Source: Octopus vulgaris (Eukaryota). Taken from it: a DNA stretch of 64,000 nucleotides. The position numbers and the translations under genes were made by a program. Below the pieces are notes generated by a model, which made no database searches, was not told the DNA's origin, and saw nothing but the letters and a program-made list of their open reading frames with translations. The stretch covers positions 8,432,001 to 8,496,000 of the forward strand of contig OX597823.1 of assembly GCA_951406725.2 (NCBI GenBank), read 5' to 3'. Positions 55,495-64,000 of this stretch are shown piece by piece (within the stretch, counting starts at the first letter, position 1; every line of letters begins with the position of its first letter).

Positions 55495-56230
55495 CTTTTC
55501 AATGGCCAATTTCATGTGATTGGCTTTTGGTGGAGGAGAGAGTTCGGCACCGCTGCCCTCTTTTGAATTTCCTGCCCTGATATTCGTTCACCCGAATCCT
55601 TGGGTATCAGGAAGTCAAGTTGTTTCTTGAATACTTCTACCCCTACTCCATAAAAACTCAGATATTTTGGCAAGGCTTTAAATAGACTTGGGCCTTTGAA
55701 ACCCAAGATATTGCAGCACCTCACTCCAGATGGGTTGGCTGGGGCCTTTCGAACAGTGTAATGACGTCCATTTCGGTGTCTGGTATAGTTCTCGATTCGA
55801 AAGTCTGATGCCACCTCCTCCAGGATCTTTCATACATATATCATTGCTCACTTCTCCAATCTTTGCTCCAGGGAGCATAGTCGTGGCTCTTTCAGTCCCC
55901 CACCCCAGTAACTCAGCTGTTCCACTGACGCAATCTTCCTTCTTCAACATTGCTCAACTGCCTGAAGTTCTGTTTCTAATATGACACTGTAGGGTGACCA
56001 CACTTGAGAGCAGTAGTTCAGACGGCTGATGACAAATGTCCTCCAGAAAACTCGCATATTTCCTCGGTCCTTTGTTCTAAAGATCTCAAAATCCTTCCAA
56101 CCCTTTTTCTGCACACATCACCATCTTCATGATATGTATCAATGCTCATATTAATCCCAAGATCACGCACTGTATGTCATTCTGGGATTGCCGCTTCTTT
56201 TCGTCCAAAGTTTCGCTGTTGCAGTTTCTG
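55495..56230 (-). mobile_element. CR1/Jockey-group LINE ORF2 3' fragment, decayed
   Basis: FRTKDRGNMRVFWRTFVISRLNYCSQVWSPY..ELQAVEQ..LSYW ... GPSLFKALPK..FKKQLD..NSLLHQ. Confidence 0.8.
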
Positions 56231-56246
56231 AGCGCCAATTATATAT

Positions 56247-56283
<37 letters not shown>

Positions 56284-56284
56284 G

Positions 56285-56331
<47 letters not shown>

Positions 56332-56642
56332 AATCACATATCTTGGATCTGAGAGACATTTCAGTTGTTTACATTTTAACTCTATATATTTAAGTCGTGT
56401 GTGTATATGTGCGCGTGCGCGAGTGTGCGTGCATGTGTGCGCGAGTGCGCGTGTGTGTGTATGCGTGTGTGTGTGTGTAGTCTCTACTACACTGTTATTC
56501 CTATGTTCCAACTGTTTTTTAAAACTTTGTTTACACCCAACATTTACATAACATAATATATATATTCATATTTGCATTATATATGGCTGTGTGTTTATAC
56601 TATATCATATTATATATATATGTGTGTGTATACGTATGTACG

Positions 56643-56685
<43 letters not shown>

Positions 56686-57217
56686 TGCATTTTCTTCACT
56701 TATAATGTTGTTTAAAGAAATATTGCATATTGTTATCTCATTTTAGTTTCAGAAATTTCCAGATATAATTTCTTTACCTTTTATTTCTTGCCTCCTTCAT
56801 AACAGCTGGATATCGTATTCAGAAAGTGACTAAGTATAAGCTTACGAAATACCGACTGAAAAACATTTATCATTTTCCTTTGTCCAGCGTATCTTAATAT
56901 ATTTGTTATTTACTTTTCATGCTTCCAATTCATTTGTGTTCTTGTACATTTCTTCCAAAATTCGAAGTGAATGATTTCCTAACTGTGTATCGCAATCCAT
57001 TAGTGAGTCACGAAATTATACATGTCTGTAGCAAAATTATCCTGGTATGAGTTGTGAAATTATATAGGAGTGTCGCAAAACTCTACAGGTGAGTCGTGAA
57101 ACATATGTATCTCAAACTTGAACGCATGTTACAATATTTGTCTGCAGTAAGGATATTGCTTATTTTTACATGAGGCCATTCTCCACTAGGCTATGCACCC
57201 TCGTAATAACAATACCA

Positions 57218-57700
57218 AAAAATTGGTACGACTGGATACCTGAAGACATCGTCAAAAATGGAAATGCAAAGATCCTATGGGATTTATTATTCAGTGCGAC
57301 CATGAGATAGGGAACAGGAAGCCGGACATAGTCTTATTTGAGAAAGAAGACAAACTATGCTGGATCATAGATATAGCATGCCCAGCTGAAAACAAGGTAT
57401 GCGATAAGGAAGAAAAAAAGTTGAGAGATATGACAAGTTAGCTTGGGAAATTAAGCAGTTGTGGTCGATGAAAAAGGTAGCAGTAGTACCAATAAGTGTC
57501 GGAGGCCTGGGGACAGTGAGCAAAAATCTTGAGGAGTACGTGAAAGAAATAGGGGCTTCAATAAGGGTGACGAACTTGAAGAGAACAGCACTACTTGGAA
57601 CCGATCGAATACTCGAAAAATAAGAGGTGTTACTTTAATTCACTGGTAGTGAACAGCTGGCACTGTAGTACATCTCCAGCGTTAGACTGTGTGCAAAGGC
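57218..57700 (+). mobile_element. R4/Dong-clade 3' fragment no. 1, followed by (TAA)n
   Basis: WYDWIPEDIV..KILWD..NRKPDIVLFEK..IIDIACP..KVERYDKLAWEIKQLW..VVPISVGGLG..TALLGT. Confidence 0.88.
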
Positions 57701-57755
<55 letters not shown>

Positions 57756-57759
<4 letters not shown>

Positions 57760-58050
57760 CAATATTTGGAGGGGCACTCGGAGCACTAACAACCAGGTTC
57801 GAGAAATATTCCAGACAAATTGGAATTAACATGACGGCGGAGCAGACTCAAAAATATTACTCTGTTGCGAACACCTAGGATTTTGAGATTGGTGCCTGGG
57901 TGCTGAGTATCTTCCACGGTAAGTTAACATTCAGCTACTAAAGCTTATAATTTGCGGAATGAAACCTTGTGAGACCTCTGATAACATGTCGATGTCCGGT
58001 GTCGCATAATAAACCAGAGCAAGTAAGACCTAGAGATCTGTGAAGTAAAA
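57756..58050 (+). mobile_element. R4/Dong-clade 3' fragment no. 2
   Basis: IPIFGGALGALTTRFEKY..TPRILRLV..* plus 3'UTR, between TAA and TAG repeats. Confidence 0.7.
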
Positions 58051-58122
58051 TATTAGTAGTAGTAGTTGCAGCAGCAACTGTAGTGGTAGTAGTAGTAGTA
58101 ATAATGATAATGATAATAATAA

Positions 58123-58332
58123 TGACTCAATCTAAAAAAAAACATCTGAAAACTTTAAAAATACCCTACAATCTAGGTGTATTGCAAAAGTCGGTATTAC
58201 TTGGAACTGCACGCATATTGCATAAAGTACTGTCTGTCTGAGATCCTTGTTGTGACTTGGCAATCAGTACTAACCCCGATAGATACCATATCTTCAATCA
58301 ATCTCACGATATTGTATATTATGTGACGTCTA
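58123..58332 (+). mobile_element. R4/Dong-clade 3' fragment no. 3
   Basis: HLKTLKIPYNLGVLQKSVLLGTARILHKVLSV* plus 3'UTR, then (TAA)n. Confidence 0.75.
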
Positions 58333-58649
58333 TAATAATAGTAATAATAATAATGGTCGGGACGTCGACGACTAAACCAGCAGCCCCGCAGAGCTTGCTC
58401 TGTGAGGAGGGTGTAGGATTCTTGCTATTTTGACACCCTACAGAATGAAAAACAAGACCTGTATAAAGGCTAATGAACTCTAACGAGGCAACGGCCGCGA
58501 AAATAGCATATACCTAAGAGGCGGAAGTAAACGATTGAATGATTCTTATATCTTAGGGTGGTGATCCTGTCAGTGATGGTGTCACGGGGAGAAAAAAAGA
58601 GAAAAAGATACTGGTATTTGTCTAACCTAAAACTCACTAACCCTCATCA

Positions 58650-60080
58650 TGAGTGCTGACATGTCAAATAGAAATAGAAATGAGAACGGCGTGAATGAGG
58701 CTGGAATAACTTGTGATGGTCTCCCGCCCGGCGGGTGCTCCACGGGTGAGCAGCGTGGGCCCAATCGTCATTAAGTAACTGCTAAATGAAGGTGAACGAA
58801 TGAAATGAATGTGGCTGTAATGGAGTGCTACTTTCTGGGTAATCCCAGAACTAATAATGAAATACCCTCTAGGAGATATAGGAAAAGAATGCACAGGACA
58901 TGGAGCAACAGAGACCTATTTGAATTAAGTGAAGAAAATTTGTGTGACCAAGGTAGAGCCATCAGAAAAAATGAATGGTTATCTCCAGTTAAACTAGAAA
59001 GTATTTAGAGACAGGTGCTTAGGGATAGTAAGGCCAGCGCTGAACGGAAGGATGTGAAAGATAATGCAGATGGTGAAACTATGGCAGTAGAGTTGAAGTA
59101 AGAAAACAAGCATGAGGCTGAGATTATTTATCAGGAAAGCGATGAGAGAACAGAGGAACAGATATCCCTTTTAAATGAAATCATTGATGTTTGGACCGCT
59201 GGTGAACAGAGCTTTTATACGGAGTTTAAAAAAGTAGACAGAAAGAAACTCAATGAATGGGTCAGGAAGATAAATGATATCACTGGTGATATCAGGACTG
59301 ACAACATCACTGACACCAACAATCTGATAAATGCAATCTCGATCTTTATAACTCGGATGTTAGGTCTGAAAGCCAAGGATAAAGGAGAATAACGCAGTCT
59401 ATTAACGAGACCAGAAAACATTAATATTCTGGGACAGAAAAAAAGAAATGAAGCTCAGAGAACTATGCTGAGCTAGAGAGGAAGTATAGGGTAAAGAGAA
59501 AAGGAATCAACGTTGTGATTGAGGAACTAAAACAGAGTTTGAAAGCTAAAGCACATAAACTAAAGAGATATGAACAGAGAATTGAGCATTACAGATTAAA
59601 TAGACGTTTCGAACAAAATCAGAAACAAGTTTGTCAGAAACTGGATAGGAAAGAAAAAGGAGAAAAGGCCGTGCCGGACGCTGAAGAAAGCAAAAGATTT
59701 TGTGCAAACATATGGTCTCAGAGACAACACGAAACTGAAGAGGAGTGGCAAAAGACATTCAAAGAGGAGAGTGGAGAGTATCAGCAGGAGGATTTGGGAA
59801 TAACTGAGGAGATGATTAAAGAACAGTGCAGGAGAATTCCTAACTGGAAAGCACCTGGCCCAGATGGTGTTCAGGGCTTTTGGTTTAAAAACTTGATAGT
59901 TCTGCACAGGAGAATTAAGAGACAGCTGGACGAAATACTGAGTAGTGATATCCAAGTACCGGCCTGGATGACAAAAGGAAGAACGGTGTTATGCCAGAAG
60001 TACCCAAGTAAAGGAAATGTGGTTGGAAATTTCCGACCAATATCTTATTTGTCACTGATGTGGAAACTGATAACGACCCT
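58650..60080 (+). mobile_element. R4/Dong-clade element, 5' half (N-terminal domain to RT start), 3'-truncated
   Basis: VMECYF..YRKRMHRTW..SEENLCDQGRAIRKNEWLS, then IEELKQSLKAKAHKLKRYEQR..NRRFEQNQK..PNWKAPGPDGVQGFWFK..WMTKGRTVLCQK..NFRPISYLSLMWKLIT. Confidence 0.88.
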
Positions 60081-60636
60081 GTAAGGATGAAAGGCAAATC
60101 TGACCTCGTCATGATTTGAGCTCCATAGAAACAGACAACTAAACCACAGTTACAAAAAATAGGGTACCCTCCATCCTATATCTCATAACAAACAGAATAA
60201 CACGCGTCAAAACAAACCAAACCGGCATTTCATTGAGGGAAATTTCACTAAATCAATAGATACAATAAGTACACTTCATTGAATAAACAAACGAAGAAGA
60301 ATCAGCGCAAACACTTTCCCAAGCGACAAGCGAATAAATAGCTATATTAAAGGATAAACATATTTTCTCCTATTAATTGTTCATTAAAATGTTCATTGTT
60401 CTCTTTTCTTGTATATCTTTTGTGATACAGTTTGTTTTTGTGCTGACATTTTCGTCACGTGTGTCCTTTTACTTGTTCCAATATTTGAAGTGTATCCATC
60501 TAGGGGCACTACCTTAAGTAATTTCAAACGGTTATATCGACTTCCATTTTTATTTAAAGTGTGCTGCCTGATCAGACATCGGATTATTATGCTGAACCGC
60601 TGGCTTAAAGAGGGAGGCATAAACAAACCAAAATCT

Positions 60637-60944
60637 ACATTATTTACATTATTTACATTCGACGGATATTTGTCCTCATTTTGCTTGTTGTTAACACAAC
60701 GTTTCGGCTGATATACCCTGCAGCCTTCATCGGGTGTCTTGAGGGAAATTTCGAACCTGGGTTCTCATTCCTAAGTCATACCTTAGGAATGAGAACACAG
60801 GTTCGAAATTTTCCCCAAGACACCTGATGAAGGCTGGATGATACATCAGCCGAAGCATTGTGTTAACAACGAACAAAATGAGGACAAATATCCGTCGAAT
60901 GTAAATAATGTACATAATTCCTCATCTCTTAAATATAGAACTGT
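60637..60944 (+). mobile_element. Penelope-type foldback element with a 12-bp TSD and a hammerhead motif in each arm
   Basis: Arms at 60645-60775 and 60782-60912. TSD AAACCAAAATCT at 60625-60636 and 60945-60956. Confidence 0.9.
60693..60738 (-). ncRNA. Minimal type I hammerhead ribozyme (mirror copy at 60819-60864 on +)
   Basis: GACAC-CCGAUGA-A-GGCUG(10 nt)CAGCC-GAAA-C-GUU^GUGUU. The + copy has CUGAUGA but a mutated GAAGCAUU. Confidence 0.7.
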
Positions 60945-61395
60945 AAACCAAAATCTGTTCTCGAGCGGTGAGAGATAAAGACATGCGCGCGCTTACGGGT
61001 ATATACACATGCATAGATACACAGACACAACAAGCTTCCGTACAATTTCGGATAACCAAATTCCATAGAATTTATGATAACCAATTTCCGTACAATTTCT
61101 GATAACCAAATTTGTGCACAAGTCAGTGGTCTGCCCTGGGCTATCGTCGAAAACATTGTCACAGATTGTCGCATACATCAACTGAGTGTGAAACCACGCA
61201 GCGAAATTCTTAACCATAGTCCAAAATGAAAGAAATTCCCAAGATTCTGAAGTAGAATGCTTGAACAATAGTGATTTTCTTTGTTATACATGAAACCATT
61301 GGTAACACTAGCAATCCACAAATGCAGAATATTTATCCACTAAATCACTAAGTGCGGTGTTGAGTAGGCAATGTAACCCTTTCCATGCTGTGGTA

Positions 61396-61482
<87 letters not shown>

Positions 61483-61483
61483 A

Positions 61484-61526
<43 letters not shown>

Positions 61527-61544
61527 TTATATATATATATAATC

Positions 61545-61897
61545 ATATATGGATACAGGACGTCACCAAAGATGCAAATAACATGAAATACGTAAACCAG
61601 CAGAAAAAATTGAAAGGAGGGCAAGAAAACACAGAGAAAAGACCTTTCATCAGTTGTCGACTGTCTATCTACTCCTCATTCGAGCATTCAACGACGAAAT
61701 GAGTTTTCGAAGACAGTTGCTCTCATCAATTCTAAAATAAAATTTTGGATTTATGGAAGGTGAAAGTTGGGAACAAAAATATGACGGAGGAGACATACAA
61801 GGAAATCGAACGAAAAGAAACATGGAAGGTCGTTAGACCAGAACGATTGGAAAAAAGTGAACCCTGGGAGAAATATTTTCTTGAAAAGAGAACAGAT

Positions 61898-61959
<62 letters not shown>

Positions 61960-62420
61960 CGTCCGTTCTTTTTAACGTCCGTGCAGGTAAAGAAAGATGG
62001 CCACATGAGGAAAAGAAACATGGACGATGGTCACGTGTGAGTAACGAGAGAGAGGGAGAGAGAGAGAGAAAGAGGGAAAGAGAGAGAGAGAAAGAGGGAA
62101 AGAGAGAGAGAAACAGATAGAAAATGGTGAAGGAGGGAGGGGAGAAAAAGGGAATAAGAGAAGGATGGAGGAAGAAAACAGCATTGAGTTTTCGTTCGGT
62201 TTCCTTGTATGTCTCCACTGTCATTCTTTTTGTTCCCTCTTTCCTAGTATTCCTGGTAGGGCCACCTCTGTTGGTATGGTAGGAGTAGAAGGCCTTGAGT
62301 GAAAATGTAAAGCCTAGCTCCAAGATCCCAACGGCAGAAGAAGTGTTGTAGGCAAGACCAACCTTTGATGTTAATAACGTTTGAAGTGGTAGAGGAGGTA
62401 AACGATGGACTGGCTACGGA
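61545..62420. mobile_element. Degenerate Penelope-like remnant with an inverted segment
   Basis: GGAACAAAAA..GGAGACATACAAGGAAA.CGAACGAAAA at about 61771-61816 is inverted at about 62189-62236. Minus-strand FTSSTTSNVINI near 62400 resembles the FTC...NVIY motif before GIY-YIG. Confidence 0.45.
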
Positions 62421-64000
62421 GGCTCCAATTAAAACTAAACCTAGCCAGGGGCAGTACGTTGCAATTTCATCACCTGATATTGTTTGTCTCGTTCCGCATT
62501 TGCTACAGAAATGGTCCTGAAACCACAGAGAGCATGGGTTACTCTATAAGCCGGGATTTACTGTATATACTTCCACACTTTAGAATTTTGTCCTGCTAAA
62601 GTTTTCTTCAGCATATGCAAACATACATACATACATACATACATACATACATACATACATACATACATACATACATACATACATACACGTAGCTTTTACT
62701 TTAGGTACAACATTTAAACAATTACATTATGATTTTCCTTTCTTTTTGTTGCATTTTAATAATCTGTCTTTAGGTAAAGAGTTAATGAAATTAGTAAATC
62801 TTTTCATAACAAGAGCATCAATAACGTATTTCAACATGAAATTGTATAGTATTTAACAATGCAATTATTTTGGAGTTCAAAAGTAATTGTGTTTGTTGAA
62901 TTTCCTATGGAAAATCGGTTGGGAAAATTGTTTGTGGAGCGAAGTATTTTATTGTGGCATTTTTAGTTAATTACTTTTATACGTGATTATATATTTAAAT
63001 TACCGAAGTTCTACTTTAGAGTAAAACCACTGAGTACTGATATCAGTGGAGATAATCTGCAAATGTGGAGAAAATATTTATATCTGAGCAGAGATATTTG
63101 TGATAGTATTAAAAATATTGCTATCAATGAGACTGACAGTCCCCTTGAGTAAAGTTGAAAGGAAAGTATCAGTATGGTGTCGGTGTTATTTTCACTGATA
63201 ATATTGGAAATATTTATATCAAAGCGAATTTATCAATAGAAATATCGATATAAATAAACAAAAATAAAGCGATACGTTTTTAAATATTGTTGGTATCAAC
63301 CTTGTGGTGATTTTTACTTTCAATAGAAATACTTATCATAGTAAAGCTATAAACAGTGAAATTTTCAAAGGTAAAGTGTAAGAATATTAGCGTTCCTACC
63401 CTTCAAAATGACATTAGTGTCATAATTGAAGTGGTGTGTCTCCAACCAGAAGTCGAAACAATATCACTGAGTCGTTGCATCTGAAGATTAAATTGTTTCA
63501 ATGGTAATGACATACTGACTGAAAGATATGCAATCAGATGATAATATTTCGAAGATTATAGATGCTTAATTGGTGTGTGCTTGGCCGAGATGCCATCTAA
63601 CGATTGTCTAAATAGAATTACTTATTGGCGCCGAGACGTACTGGCTGCGATAAATTGCAAATCAAAAGCTAAGTTAGCGAAATACAATAAGAAATGACAG
63701 CGGGGACGCTATTCTAAAAATGTCGGTTGGGAAATTATAGCAATTTATTTTTGAAGACAGCGTAAACGGTATGTTCATTATCGTTTCTGGTGTTTGGATA
63801 TAGAATAAGTAAAGGGATATACACTGACTTAAACTTTCGACGATTTTTAACTATTATCTTCTGAATAAGCTAAATTACAGTTTAAATATAAAGTAGAGTA
63901 GTAACATATAGCAATTTTTCAAACGTATAGGTAAGTCTTATAACATCCTGCAATTCAGAAGTTCTGCTATTGTATTTTGTGGAAGGTAAATACTGTCAGC

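Noticed and set aside
58715-58790. GC-rich structured stretch near the R4/Dong 5' end as a possible HDV-like ribozyme
   Set aside because: I could not build the P1-P4 double pseudoknot by eye. It needs a descriptor search.
61036-61113. Three copies of a roughly 25-bp unit TTCCGTACAATTTC.GATAACCAAA
   Set aside because: A small local tandem duplication in degenerate repeat-derived sequence with no further structure.

Overview
This is AT-rich, repeat-saturated eukaryotic DNA. Its SINE families and microsatellite load match my recollection of octopus (coleoid cephalopod) intergenic or intronic sequence; that assignment is unverified. I can support no intact host protein-coding gene, and most listed ORFs are translated microsatellites. 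The window holds decayed mariner transposons, an internally deleted Gypsy LTR element with LTRs, PBS, PPT and TSD, and a very old Gypsy pol relic. It also holds RTE, CR1-like, R4/Dong and Penelope retroelement fragments, a Helitron 3' end, several MITE/foldback elements and many tRNA-like SINEs. The most notable signal is a set of short, mutually dissimilar Penelope-type elements that carry minimal type I hammerhead-ribozyme folds, several in foldback form. Two unrelated copies (6149-6184 and 39060-39096) have the compensatory U3-A8 core UUGAAAA. Other signals are a head-to-tail stack of R4/Dong elements at (TAA)n, a locally templated 470-bp insertion splitting an RTE, SINE tail swapping, and a 16-bp minisatellite born at a mariner start. 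All alignments and folds were done by eye.
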